Assembly (NCBI RefSeq): GCF_030144855.1
Contig: NC_082711.1
Location: 104,036,001-104,100,000, forward strand
Reading direction: 5' to 3'
Origin: Hypanus sabinus
Taxonomy: Eukaryota
Length of the DNA: 64,000 bases
Shown here piece after piece: positions 1 to 15,000 of the stretch. The notes under the pieces were generated by a model. The model was given only the letters and a program-made list of their open reading frames with translations, was not told the DNA's origin and did not search any database. The position numbers and the translations under genes were made by a program. Position 1 is the first letter of the stretch. Each line of letters opens with the position of its first letter.

Positions 1-3000
1 AACCCCTATAAACCTCCCTGTCTCTGTAACCCACTCCAACGCCTATAAACCTCCCTGTCTCTGTAACACCCACCAAACCCTATAAACCTCCCTGTCGCTG
101 TAACCCCCAACAACCCCTATAAACCCCCCTGTCTCTGTAATCCCCAACAAACCCTATAAACCTCCCTGTCGCTGTAACCCCCAACAACCCCTATAAACCC
201 CCCTGTCTATGTAATCCCCACCAAACCCTATAAAGCCCCCTGTCGCTGTAACCCCCACCAAACCATTTAAACCTGCCTGTCTCTGTAACCCACTCCAACC
301 CCAATAAACCTCTGTCTCTGTAACCCACTCCAACCCCTCTAAACCTCCCTGTCTCTGTAACCCACTCCAACCCCTACAAACCTCCCTGTCTCTGTAACCC
401 CCACCAAACCCTATAAACCTCCCTGTCTCTGTAACCCCCACCAACCCCTATAAACCTCCCAGTCTCTGTAACCCACTCCAACCCCTATAAACCTCCCTGT
501 ATCTGTAACCCCCACCAAACCCTATAAACCTCCCTGTCTCTGTAACCCCCACCAACCCCTGTAAACCTCACTGTCTCTGTAACCCCCACCAAACCCTATA
601 AACCTCCCTGTCTCTGTAACCCACTACAACCCCTATAAACCTCCCTGTCTCTGTAACCCACTCCAACCCCTATAAACCTCCCTGTCTCTGTAACCCCCAC
701 CAAACCCTATAAACCTCCCTGTCTCTGTAACCCCCACCAAGCCCTATAAACCTCCCTGTCTCTGTAACCCACTCCAACCCCTATAAACCTCCCTGTCTCT
801 GTAACCCCAACGAATCCCTATACACCTCCCTGTCTCTGTAACCCCCAACAACCCCTATAAACCCCCCTGTCTCTGTAACCCCCACCAAACCGTATAGACC
901 TCCCTGTCTCTGTAAACCACTCCAACCCCTATAAACCTCCCTGTCTCTGTAACCCCCTCCAAACCCTATAGACCTCCCTTTCTCTGTAACCCCCACCAAA
1001 CCCTGTAAACCTCCCTGTCTCTGTAACCCACTCCAACCCCTATAAATCTCCCTGTCTCTGTAACCCACTAAAAACCCTATAAACCTCCCTGTCTCTGGAA
1101 CCCCTCCAACCCCTATAAACCTCCCTGTCTCTGTAACCCACTCCAACCCCTATAGACATCCCTGTCTCGGTAACCCCCAACAAGCCCTTTTAACCTCGCT
1201 GTCTCTGTAACCCGTCCAACCCCTGTAAACCTCCCTGTCTCTGTAACCCACTCCAACCCCTATAGACCGCCCTGTCTCGGTAACCCCCACCAAACCCTAT
1301 AAACCTCCCTGTCTCTGTAACCCACTCCAACCCCTATAAACCTCCCTGTCTCTGTAACCCTCTCCATCCAATATAAAACTCCCTGTCTCTGTAACCAACT
1401 CCGACCCCTATAAACCTCCCTGTCTGTAACCCCCACCAATCCCCTGTAAACCTCCCTGTCTCTGTAACACACTCCAACCCCTATAAACCTCCCTGTCTCT
1501 GTAACCCCCACCAAACCCTATAAACTTCCCTGTCTCTGTAACCCACTCCAAACCCTATAAACCTCCCTGTCTCTGTAACCCCCACCAAACCCTATAAACC
1601 TCCCTGTCTCTGTAACCCACTCCAACCCCTATAGACCTCCCTGTCTCTGTAACCCACTCGAACCCCTATAGACCTCCCTGTCTCTGTAACCCACTCCAAC
1701 CCCTATAGACATCCCAGTCTCTGTAACCCCAACCAAACCCTATAAACCTCGCTGTCTCTGTAACCCACTCCAACCCCTATAAACCTCCCTGTCTCTGTAA
1801 CACACTCCAACCCCTATAAACCTCCCTGTCTCTGTAACCCACTCCAACCCCTATAAACCTCCCTGTCTCTGTAACCCCCACCAACCCCTATAAACCCCCC
1901 TGTCTCTGTAATCCCCACCAAACCCTATAAACCTCCCTGTCTCTGTAACCCCCAACAACCCCTATAAACCCCCCTGTCTCTGTAATCCCCGCCAAACCCT
2001 ATAAACCCCCCTGTCGCTGTAACCCCCACCAAACCATTTAAACCTGCCTGTCTCTGTAACCCACTCCAACCCCAATAAACCTCTGTCTCTGTAACCCACT
2101 CCAACACCTCTAAACCTCCCTGTCTCTGTAACCCACTCCAACCCCTATAAACCTCCCTGTCTCTGTAACCCCCACCAAACCCGATAAACCTCCCTGTCTC
2201 TGTAACCCCCACCAACCCCTATAAACCTCCCTGTCTCTGTAACCCACTCCAACCCCTATAAACCTCCCTGTCTCTGTAACCCCCACCAAACCCTATAAAC
2301 CTCCCTGTCTCTGTAACCCCCACCAACCCCTATAAACCTCACTGTCTCTGTAACCCCCACCAAACCCTATAAACCTCCCTGTCTCTGTAACCCACTACAA
2401 CCCCTATAAACCTCCCTGTCTCTGTAACCCACTCCAACCCCTATAAACCTCCCTGTCTCTGTAACCCCCACCAACCCCTATAAACCTCCCTGTCTCTGTA
2501 ACCCCCAGCAAACCCTATAAACCTCCCTGTCTCTGTAACCCACTCCAACCCCTATAAAACTCCCTGTCTCTGTAACCCACTCCAACCCCTATAAACCTCC
2601 CTGTCCCCGTAACCACCACCTAACCCTATAAACCTCCCTGTCTCTGTAACCCCCACCAAACCATATAAACCTCCTTGTCTCTGTAACCCCCACCAACCCC
2701 TATAAACCTCCCTGTCTCTGTAACCCCCACCAAACCCTATAAACATCCCTGTCTCTGTAACCCCCACCTAACCCTATAAACCTCCCTGTCTCTGTAACCC
2801 ACTACAACCCCTATAAACCTCCCTGTCTCTGTAACCCACTCCAACCCCTATAAACCTCCCTGTCTCTGTAACCCCCACCAACCCCTATAAACCTCCCTGT
2901 CTCTGTAACCCCCAGCAAACCCTATAAACCTCCCTGTCTCTGTAACCCACTCCAACCCCTATAAAACTCCCTGTCTCTGTAACCCACTCCAACCCCTATA

Positions 3001-6000
3001 AACCTCCCTGTCCCCGTAACCACCACCTAACCCTATAAACCTCCCTGTCTCTGTAACCCCCACCAAACCATATAAACCTCCTTGTCTCTGTAACCCCCAC
3101 CAACCCCTATAAACCTCCCTGTCTCTGTAACCCCCACCAAACCCTATAGACCTCCCTGTCTCCGTAACCCCCACCAAACCCTATATACCTCCATCTCTGT
3201 AACCCCCAGCAAACCCTATAAACCTCCCTGTCTCTGTAACCCACTCCAAACCCCTATAAAGCTCCCTGTCTATGTAACCCACTCCAAACCCTATAAACCT
3301 CACTGTCTCTGTAACCCCCACCAAAGCCTATAAACCTCCCTGTCTCTGTAACCCACTCCAAACCCCTATAAACCTCCCTGTCTCTGTAACCCACTCCAAC
3401 CCCTATAAACCTCCCTGTCTCTGTAACCCACTCCAACCCCTATAAACCTCCCTGTCTCTGTAACCCACTCCAACCCCTATAAACCTCCCTGTCTCTGTAA
3501 CCCACTCCAACCCCTATAAACCTCCCTGTCTCTGTAACCCACTCCAACCCCTATCAACCTCCGTCTCTGTAACCCCCACCAACCCCTATAAACCTCCCTG
3601 TCTCTGTAACCCCCACCAAACCCTATAAACCTCCCTGTCTCTGTAACCCACTCCAACCCCTATTGTCTCTGTAACACACTCCAACCCCTATAAACCTCCC
3701 TGTCTCTGTAACCCCCACCAAACCCTATAAACCTCCCTGTCTCTGTAACCCACTCCAAACCCTATAAACCTCCCTGTCTCTGTAACCACCACCAAACCCT
3801 TTAAACCTCCCTGTCTCTGTAACCTACTCCAACCCCTAGAAACCTCCCTGTCTCTGTAATCCACTCCAACCCGTATAAACCTCCCTGTCTCTGTAACCTG
3901 CTCCAACCCCTATAAACCTCCCTGTCTCTGTAACCCACTCCAACCCCTATAAACCTCCGTCTCTGTAACCCCCACCAACCCCTATAAACCTCCCTCTCTC
4001 TGTAACCCCCACCCAACCCTATAAACCTCCCTGTCTCTGTAACCCACCCCAACCCCTATAGTCTCTGTTACCCACTCCAACCCCTATAAACCTCCCTGTC
4101 TCTGTAACCCCCATTAAACCCTATAAGCCTCCCTGTCTCTGTAACCCACTCCAACCCCTATAAACCTCCCTGTCTCTGTAACCCCCACCAACCCCTATAA
4201 ACCTCCCTGTCTCTGTAACCCCCACCAACCCCTATAAACCCCCCTGTCTCTGTAACCCTCTCCAACCCCTATAAACCTCCCTGTCTCTGTAACCCACACC
4301 AAACCCTATAAACCTCCCTGTCTCTGTAACCCCCAACAACCCCTATAAACCTCCCTGTCTCTGTAACCCCCACCCAACCCTATAAACCTCCCTGTCTCTG
4401 TAACCCACCCCAACCCCTATAGTCGCTGTAACCCCCTACAACCACTATAAACCTCCCTGTCTCTGTAACCCCCACCGAACCCTATAATCATCCCTGTCTC
4501 TGTAACCCACTCCAACCCCTATAAACCTCCCTGTCTCTGTAACCCCAACCAACCCCTATAAACCTCCCTGTCTCTGTAAACCCCACCAACCCCTATAAAC
4601 CTCCCTGTCTCTGTAACCCACTCCAACCCCTATAAACCTCCCTGTCTCTGTAACCCCCACCAACCCCTATAAACCTCCCTGTCTCTGTAACCCCCACCAA
4701 CCCCTATAAACCCCCCTGTCTCTGTAACCCACTCCAACCCCTATAAACCTCCCTGTCTCTGTAACCCACACCAAACCCTATAAACCTCCCTGTCTCTGTA
4801 ACCCCCAACAACCCCTATAAACCTCCCTGTCTCTGTAACCCCCACCCAACCCTATAAACATCCCTGTCTCTGTAACTCACACCAACCCCTATAGTCTCTG
4901 TAACCCACTACAACCCCTATAAACCTCCCTGTCTCTGTAACCCCCACCGAACCCTATAATCCTCCCTGTCTCTGTAACCCACTCCAACCCCTATAAACCT
5001 CCCTGTCTCTGTAACCCCCACCAACCCCTATAAACCTCCCTGTCTCTGTAAACCCCACCAAACCCTATAAACCTCCCTGTCTCTGTAACCCACTCCAACC
5101 CCTATAAACCTCCCTGTCTCTGTAACCCCCACCAAACCCTATAAACCTCCCTGTCTCTGTAACCCCCAACAACCCCTATAAACCCCCCTGTCTCTGTAAT
5201 CCCCACCAAACCCTATAAACCTCCCTGTCTCTGTAACCCCCAACAACCCCTATAAACCCCCCTGTCTCTGTAATCCCCGCCAAACCCTATAAACCCCCCT
5301 GTCGCTGTAACCCCCACCAAACCATTTAAACCTGCCTGTCTCTGTAACCCACTCCAACCCCAATAAACCTCTGTCTCTGTAACCCACTCCAACACCTCTA
5401 AACCTCCCTGTCTCTGTAACCCACTCCAACCCCTATAAACCTCCCTGTCTCTGTAACCCCCACCAAACCCGATAAACCTCCCTGTCTCTGTAACCCCCAC
5501 CAACCCCTATAAACCTCCCTGTCTCTGTAACCCACTCCAACCCCTATAAACCTCCCTGTCTCTGTAACCCCCACCAAACCCTATAAACCTCCCTGTCTCT
5601 GTAACCCCCACCAACCCCTATAAACCTCACTGTCTCTGTAACCCCCACCAAACCCTATAAACCTCCCTGTCTCTGTAACCCACTACAACCCCTATAAACC
5701 TCCCTGTCTCTGTAACCCACTCCAACCCCTGTAAACCTCCCTGTCTCTGTAACCCCCACCAACCCCTATAAACCTCCCTGTCTCTGTAACCCCCACCAAG
5801 CCCTATAAACCTCCCTGTCTCTGTAACCCACTCCAACCCCTATAAACCTCCCTGTCTCTGTAACCCCCAACAAACCCTATAAACCTCCCTGTCTCTGTAA
5901 CCCCCAACAACCCCTATAAACCCCACTGTCTCTGTAATCCCCACCAAACCCTATAAACCTCCCTGTCTCTGTAACCCCCACCAAACCATTTAAACCTGCC

Positions 6001-9000
6001 TGTCTCTGTAACCCACTCCAACCCCAATAAACCTCTGTCTCTGTAACCCACTACAACCCCTCTAAACCTCCCTGTCTCTGTAACCCACTCAAACCCCTAT
6101 AAACCTCCCTGTCTCTGTAACCCTCACCAACCCCTATAAACCTCCCTGTCTCTGTAACCCACTACAAACCCCTATAAACCTCCCTGTCTCTGTAACCCAC
6201 TCCAAAACCTATAAACCTCCCTGTCTCTGTAACCACCACCAAACCCTTTAAACCTCCCTGTCTCTGTAACCCACTCCAACCCCGATAAACCTCCCTGTCT
6301 CTGTAACCCACTCCATCCCCTAGAAACCTCCCTGTCTCTGTAACCGACTCCAACCCCTATAAACCTCCCTGTCTCTGTAACCCACTCCAACCCGTATAAA
6401 GCTCCCTGTCTCTGTAACCTACTCCAACCCCTATAAACCTCCCTGTCTCTGTAACCCACTCCAACCCCTATAAACCTCCGTCACTGTAACCCCCACCAAC
6501 CCCTATAAACCTCCCTGTCTCTGTAACCCCCACCCAACCCTATAAACCTCCCTGTCTCTGTAACCCACCCCAACCCCTATAGTCTCTGTTACACACTCCA
6601 ACCCCTATAAACCTCCCTGTCTCTGTAACCCCCACCAAACCCTATAATCCTCCCTGTCTCTGTAACCCACTCCAACCCCTATAAACCTCCCTGTCTCTGT
6701 AACCCCCACCAAACCCTATAAACCTCCCTGTCTCTGTAACCCCCACCAACCCCTATAAACCTCCCTGTCTCTGTAACTCCCACCCAACCCTATAAACCTC
6801 CCTGTCTCTGTAACCCACCCCAACCCCTATAGTCTCTGTTACCCACTCCAACCCCTATAAACCTCCCTGTCTCTGTAACCCCCACCAAACCCTATAATCC
6901 TCCCTGTCTCTGTAACCCACTCCAACCCCTATAAACCTCCCTGTCTCTGTAACCCCCAACAACCCCTATAAACCTCCCTGTCTCTGTAACCCCCACCAAC
7001 CCCTATAAACCTCCCTGTCTCTGTAACCCACTCCAACGCCTATAAACCTCCCTGTCTCTGTAACACCCACCAAACCCTATAAACCTCCCTGTCGCTGTAA
7101 CCCCCAACAACCCCTATAAACCCCCCTGTCTCTGTAATCCCCAACAAACCCTATAAACCTCCCTGTCGCTGTAACCCCCAACAACCCCTATAAACCCCCC
7201 TGTCTATGTAATCCCCACCAAACCCTATAAACCCCCCTGTCGCTGTAACCCCCACCAAACCATTTAAACCTGCCTGTCTCTGTAACCCACTCCAACCCCA
7301 ATAAACCTCTGTCTCTGTAACCCACTCCAACCCCTCTAAACCTCCCTGTCTCTGTAACCCACTCCAACCCCTACAAACCTCCCTGTCTCTGTAACCCCCA
7401 CCAAACCCTATAAACCTCCCTGTCTCTGTAACCCCCACCAACCCCTATAAACCTCCCAGTCTCTGTAACACACTCCAACCCCTATAAACCTCCCTGTATC
7501 TGTAACCCCCACCAAACCCTATAAACCTCCCTGTCTCTGTAACCCCCACCAACCCCTGTAAACCTCACTGTCTCTGTAACCCCCACCAAACCCTATAAAC
7601 CTCCCTGTCTCTGTAACCCACTACAACCCCTATAAACCTCCCTGTCTCTGTAACCCACTCCAACCCCTATAAACCTCCCTGTCTCTGTAACCCCCACCAA
7701 ACCCTATAAACCTCCCTGTCTCTGTAACCCCCACCAAGCCCTATAAACCTCCCTGTCTCTGTAACCCACTCCAACCCCTATAAACCTCCCTGTCTCTGTA
7801 ACCCCAACGAATCCCTATACACCTCCCTGTCTCTGTAACCCCCAACAACCCCTATAAACCCCCCTGTCTCTGTAACCCCCACCAAACCCTATAGACCTCC
7901 CTGTCTCTGTAACCCACTCCAACCCCTATAAACCTCCCTGTCTCTGTAACCCCCTCCAAACCCTATAGACCTCCCTTTCTCTGTAACCCCCACCAAACCC
8001 TGTAAACCTCCCTGTCTCTGTAACCCACTCCAACCCCTATAAATCTCCCTGTCTCTGTAACCCACTAAAAACCCTATAAACCTCCCTGTCTCTGGAACCC
8101 CTCCAACCCCTATAAACCTCCCTGTCTCTGTAACCCACTCCAACCCCTATAGACATCCCTGTCTCGGTAACCCCCAACAAGCCCTTTTAACCTCGCTGTC
8201 TCTGTAACCCGTCCAACCCCTGTAAACCTCCCTGTCTCTGTAACCCACTCCAACCCCTATAGACCGCCCTGTCTCGGTAACCCCCACCAAACCCTATAAA
8301 CCTCCCTGTCTCTGTAACCCACTCCAACCCCTATAAACCTCCCTGTCTCTGTAACCCTCTCCAACCAATATAAAACTCCCTGTCTCTGTAACCAACTCCG
8401 ACCCCTATAAACCTCCCTGTCTGTAACCCCCACCAATCCCCTGTAAACCTCCCTGTCTCTGTAACACACTCCAACCCCTATAAACCTCCCTGTCTCTGTA
8501 ACCCCCACCAAACCCTATAAACTTCCCTGTCTCTGTAACCCACTCCAAACCCTATAAACCTCCCTGTCTCTGTAACCCCCACCAAACCCTATAAACCTCC
8601 CTGTCTCTGTAACCCACTCCAACCCCTATAGACCTCCCTGTCTCTGTAACCCACTCGAACCCCTATAGACCTCCCTGTCTCTGTAACCCACTCCAACCCC
8701 TATAGACATCCCAGTCTCTGTAACCCCAACCAAACCCTATAAACCTCCCTGTCTCTGTAACCCACTCCAACCCCTATAAACCTCCCTGTATCTGTAACAC
8801 ACTCCAACCCCTATAAACCTCCCTGTCTCTGTAACCCACTCCAACCCCTATAAACCTCCCTGTCTCTGTAACCCCCACCAACCCCTATAAACCTCCCTGT
8901 CTCTGTAACCCCCACCATCCCTGTAAACCTCCCTGTCTCTGTAACCCACTCCAACCCCTATAAACCTCCCTGTCTCTGTAACCCCCACCAAACCCTATAA

Positions 9001-12000
9001 ACCTCCCTGTCTCTGTAACCCCTCCAACCCCTATAAACCTCCCTGTCTCTGTAACCCCCACCAAAACCTATAAACCTCCCTGTCTCTGTAACCCCTCCAA
9101 CCCCTATAAACCTCCCTGTCTCTGTAACACACTCCAAACCCTATAAACCTCCCTGTCTCTGTAACCCACTCCAACCCCTATAAAACTCCCTGTCTCTGTA
9201 ACCCACACCAAACTCTATAAACCTCCTGTCTCTGTAACACACTCCAACCCCTATAAACCTCCCTGTCTCTGTAACCCACTCCAACCCCTATAGACCTCCC
9301 TGTCTCTGTAACCCACTCGAACCCCTATAGACCTCCCTGTCTCTGTAACCCACTCCAACCCCTATAGACCTCCCTGTCTCTGTAACCCCCACCAAACCCT
9401 ATAAACCTCCCTGTCTTCTAACCCACTCCAACCCCTATAAACCTCCCTGTCTCTGTAACACACTCCAACCCCTATAAACCTCCCTGTCTCTGTAACCCAC
9501 TCCAACCCCTATAAACCTCCCTGTCTCTGTAACCCCCACCAACCCCTATAAACCTCCCTGTCTCTGTAACCCCCACCAAACCCTGTAAACCTCCCTGTCT
9601 CTGTAACCCACTCCAACCCCATAAACCTCCCTGTCTCTGTAGCCCCCACCAATCCCTATAAACCTCCCTGTCTCTGTAACCCACTCTAAACCCTATAAAC
9701 CTCCCTGTCACTGGAACCCACTCCAACCCCTATAAACCTCCCTGTCTCTGTAACCCACTCCAACCCCTATAAACCTCCCTGTCTCTGTAACCCACTCCAA
9801 CCCCTATAAACCTCCCTGTCTCTGTAACCCACTCCAACCCCTATAAACCTCCCGGTCTCTGTAACCCCCACCAAACCTTATAAACCTCCCTGTCTCTGTA
9901 ACCCACTCCAAACCCTATAAACCTCCCTGTCTCTGTAACCCACTCCAACCCCTATAAACCTCCCTGTCTCTGTAACCCACTCCAACCCCTAAAAACCTCC
10001 CTGTCTCTGTAACCCCCACCAAACCCTATAAACCTCCCTGTCTCTGTAACCCCTCCAACCCCTATAAACCTCCCTTTCTCTGTAACCCACTCCAAACCCT
10101 ATAAACCTCCCTGTCTCTGGAACCCCTCCAACCCCTATAAACCTCCCTGTCTCTGTAACCCACTCCAACCCCTATAGACCTCCCTGTCTCGGTAACCCCC
10201 AACAAGCCCTATAAACCTCGCTGTCTCTGTAACCCCTCCAACCCCTATAAAACTCCCTGTCTCTATAACCCACTCCAACCCCTATAGACCTCCCAGTCTC
10301 GGTAACCCCCACCAAACCCTATAAACCTCCCTGTCTCTGTAACCCACTCCAACCCCTATAAACCTCCCTGTCTCTGTAACCCTCTCCAACCAATATAAAA
10401 CTCCCTGTCTCTGTAACCAACTCCGACCCCTATAAACCTCCCTGTCTGTAACCCCCACCAAACCCCTATAAACCTCCCTGTCTCTGTAACCCACTCCAAC
10501 CCCTATAAACCTCCCTGTCTCTGTAACCCCCTCCAAACCCTATAGACCTCCCTGTCTCTGTAACCCCCACCAAACCCTATAAACCTCCCTGTCTCTGTAA
10601 CCCCCACCAAACCCGATAAACCTCCGTCTCTGTAACCCACTCCAACCCCTATAAACCTCCCTGTCTCTGTAACACCCACCAAACCCTATAAACCTCCCTG
10701 TCTCTGTAACCCTCTCCAAACCCTATAAACCTCCCTGTCTCTGTAACCCCCACCAAACCCTATAGACCTCCCTGTCTCTGTAACCCGCTCCAACCCCTAT
10801 AAACCTCCCTGTCTCTGTAACCCCCACCAAACCCTGTAGACCTCCCTGTCTCTGTAACCCACTCCAAACCCTATAAGCCTCACTGTCTCTGTAACCCACT
10901 CCAACCCCTTTAGACCTCCCTGTCTCTGTAACCCCCACCAAACCTTATAAACCTCCCTGTCTCTGTAACCCACTCCAAACCCTATAAACCTCCCTGTCTC
11001 TGTAACCCACTCCAACCCCTATACACCTCCCTGTCTCTGTAACCCACTCCAACCCCTATAAACCTCCCTGTCTCTGTAACCCCCACCACACCCTATAAAC
11101 CTCCCTGTCTCTGTAACCCCTCCAACCCCTATAAACCTCCCTGTCTCTGTAACCCACTCCAAACCCTATAAACCTCCCTGTCTCTGTAACCCCTCCAACC
11201 CCTATAAACCTCCCTGTCTCTGTAACCCACTCCAACCCCTATAGACCTCCCTGTCTCGGTAACCCCCACCAAACCCTATAAACCTCCCTGTCTCTGTAAC
11301 CCACTCCAACCTCTATAAACCTCCCTGTCTCTGTAACCCTCTCCAACCAATATAAACCTCCCTGTCTCTGTAACCCACTCCGACCCCTATAAACCTCCCT
11401 GTCTGTAACCCCCACCAAACCCCTATAAACCTCCCTGTCTCTGTAACCCACTCCAACCCCTATAAACCTCCCTGTCTCTGTAACCCACTCCAACCAATAT
11501 AAACCTCCCTGTCTCTGTAACCCACTCCGACCCCTATAAACCTCCCTGTCTGTAACCCCCACCAAACCCCTATAAACCTCCCTGTCTCTGTAACCCACTC
11601 CAACCCCTATAAACCTCCCTGTCTCTGTAACCCACTCCAACCCCTATAAACCTCCCTGTCTCTGTAACCCACTCCAACCCCTATAAACCTCCCGGTCTCT
11701 GTAACCCCCACCAAACCTTATAAACCTCCCTGTCTCTGTAACCCACTCCAAACCCTATAAACCTCCCTGTCTCTGTAACCCACTCCAACCCCTATAAACC
11801 TCCCTGTCTCTGTAACCCACTCCAACCCCTATAAACCTCCCTGTCTCTGTAACCCCCACCAAACCCTATAAACCTCCCTGTCTCTGTAACCCCTCCAACC
11901 CCTATAAACCTCCCTGTCTCTGTAACCCACTCCAAACCCTATAAACCTCCCTGTCTTTGGAACCCCTCCAACCCCTATAAACCTCCCTGTCTCTGTAACC

Positions 12001-15000
12001 CACTCCAACCCCTATAGACTTCCCTGTCTCGGTAACCCCCAACAAGCCCTATAAACCTCGCTGTCTCTGTAACCCCTCCAACCCCTATAAAACTCCCTGT
12101 CTCTATAACCCACTCCAACCCCTATAGACCTCCCAGTCTCGGTAACCCCCACCAAACCCTATAAACCTCCCTGTCTCTGTAACCCACTCCAACCCCTATA
12201 AACCTCCCTGTCTCTGTAACCCTCTCCAACCAATATAAAACTCCCTGTCTCTGTAACCAACTCCGACCCCTATAAACCTCCCTGGCTGTAACCCCCACCA
12301 AACCCCTATAAACCTCCCTGTCTCTGTAACCCACTCCAACCCCTATAAACCTCCCTGTCTCTGTAACCCCCACCAAACCCTATAAACTTCCCTGTCTCTG
12401 TAACCCACTCCAAACCCTATAAACCTCCCTGTCTCTGTAACCCCCACCAAACCCTATAGACCTCCTTGTCTCTGTAACCCACTCCAACCCCTATAAACCT
12501 CCCTGTCTCTGTAACCCCCTCCAAACCCTATAGACCTCCCTGTCTCTGTAACCCCCACCAAACCCTGTAAACCTCCCTGTCTCTGTAACCCACTCCAACC
12601 CCTATAAATCTCCCTGTCTCTGTAACCCCCACCAAACCCTATAAACCTCCCTGTCTCTGTAACCCCCACCAAACCCGATAAACCTCCGTCTCTGTAACCC
12701 ACTCCAACCCCTATAAACCTCCCTGTCTCTGTAACACCCACCAAACCCTATAAACCTCCCTGTCTCTGTAACCCTCTCCAAACCCTATAAACCTCCCTGT
12801 CTCTGTAACCCCCACCAAACCCTATAGACCTCCCTGTCTCTGTAACCCGCTCCAACCCCTATAAACCTCCCTGTCTCTGTAACCCCCACCAAACCCTGTA
12901 GACCTCCCTGTCTCTGTAACCCACTCCAAACCCTATAAACCTCACTGTCTCTGTAACCCACTCCAACACCTTTAGACCTCCCTGTCTCTGTAACCCCCAC
13001 CAAACCTTATAAACCTCCCTGTCTCTGTAACCCACTCCAAACCCTATAAACCTCCCTGTCTCTGTAACCCACTCCAACCCCTATACACCTCCCTGTCTCT
13101 GTAACCCACTCCAACCCCTATAAACCTCCCTGTCTCTGTAACCCCCACCACACCCTATAAACCTCCCTGTCTCTGTAACCCCTCCAACCCCTATAAACCT
13201 CCCTGTCTCTGTAACCCACTCCAAACCCTATAAACCTCCCTGTCTCTGTAACCCCTCCAACCCCTATAAACCTCCCTGTCTCTGTAACCCACTCCAACCC
13301 CTATAGACCTCCCTGTCTCGGTAACCCCCACCAAACCCTATAAACCTCCCTGTCTCTGTAACCCACTCCAACCTCTATAAACCTCCCTGTCTCTGTAACC
13401 CTCTCCAACCAATATAAACCTCCCTGTCTCTGTAACCCACTCCGACCCCTATAAACCTCCCTGTCTGTAACCCCCACCAAACCCCTATAAACCTCCCTGT
13501 CTCTGTAACCCACTCCAACCCCTATAAACCTCCCTGTCTCTGTAACCCACTCCAACCAATATAAACCTCCCTGTCTCTGTAACCCACTCCGACCCCTATA
13601 AACCTCCCTGTCTGTAACCCCCACCAAACCCCTATAAACCTCCCTGTCTCTGTAACCCACTCCAAACCCTATAAACCTCCCTGTCTCTGTAACCCCCACC
13701 AAACCCTATAGACCTCCCTGTCTCTGTAACCCGCTCCAACCCCTATAAACCTCCCTGTCTCTGTAACCCCCACCAAACCCTATAGACCTCCCTGTCTCTG
13801 TAACCCACTCCAAACCCTATAAACCTCACTGTCTCTGTAACCCACTCCAACCCCTATAGAACTCCCTGTCACGGTAACCCCCACCAAACTCTATAAACCT
13901 CCCTGTCTCTGTAACCCACTCCAACCCCTATAAACCTCCCTGTCTCTGTAACCCACTCCAACCCCTATAAACCTCCCTGTCTCTGTAACCCACTCCAACC
14001 CCTATAAACCTCCCAGTCTCTGTAACCCACTCCAACCCCTTTAAACCTCCCTGTCTCTGTAACCCACTCCAACCCCTATAAACCTCCCTGTCTCTGTAAC
14101 CCCCACCAAACCTTATAAACCTCCCTGTCTCTGTAACCCACTCCAAACCCTATAAACCTCCCTGTCCCTGTAACCCACTCCAACCCCTATAAACCTCCCT
14201 GTCTCTGTAACCCACTCCAACCCCTATAAACCTCCCTGTCTCTGTAACCCCCACCAAACCCTATAAACCTCCCTGTCTCTCTAACCCCTCCAACCCCTAT
14301 AAACCTCCCTGTCTCTGTAACCCACTCCAAACACTATAAACCTCACTGTCTCTGTAACCCCTCCAACCCCTATAAACCTCCCTGTCTCTGTAACCCACTC
14401 CAACCCCTATAGACCTCCCTGTCTCGGTAACTCCCACCAAACCCTATAAACCTCGCTGTCTCTGTAACCCCTCCAACCCCTATATACCTCGCTGTCTCTG
14501 TAACCCCTCCAACCCCTATAAACCTCCCTGTCTCTGTAACCCACTCCAACCTCTATAAACCTCCCTGTCTCTGTAACCCTCTCCAACCAATATAAACCTC
14601 CCTGTCTCTGTAACCCACTCCGACCCCTATAAACCTCCTTGTCTGTAACCCCCACCAAACCCCTATAAACCTCCCTGTCTCTGTAACCCACTCCAACCCC
14701 TATAAACCTCCCTGTCTCTGTAACCCTCTCCAACCAATATAAAACTCCCTGTCTCTGTAACCAACTCCGACCCCTATAAACCTCCCTGTCTGTAACCCCC
14801 ACCAAACCCCTATAAACCTCCCTGTCTCTGTAACCCACTCCAACCCCTATAAACCTCCCTGTCTCTGTAACCCCCACCAAACCCTATAAACTTCCCTGTC
14901 TCTGTAACCCACTCCAAACCCTATAAACCTCCCTGTCTCTGTAACCCCCACCAAACCCTATAGATCTCCTTGTCTCTGTAACCCACTCCAACCCCTATAA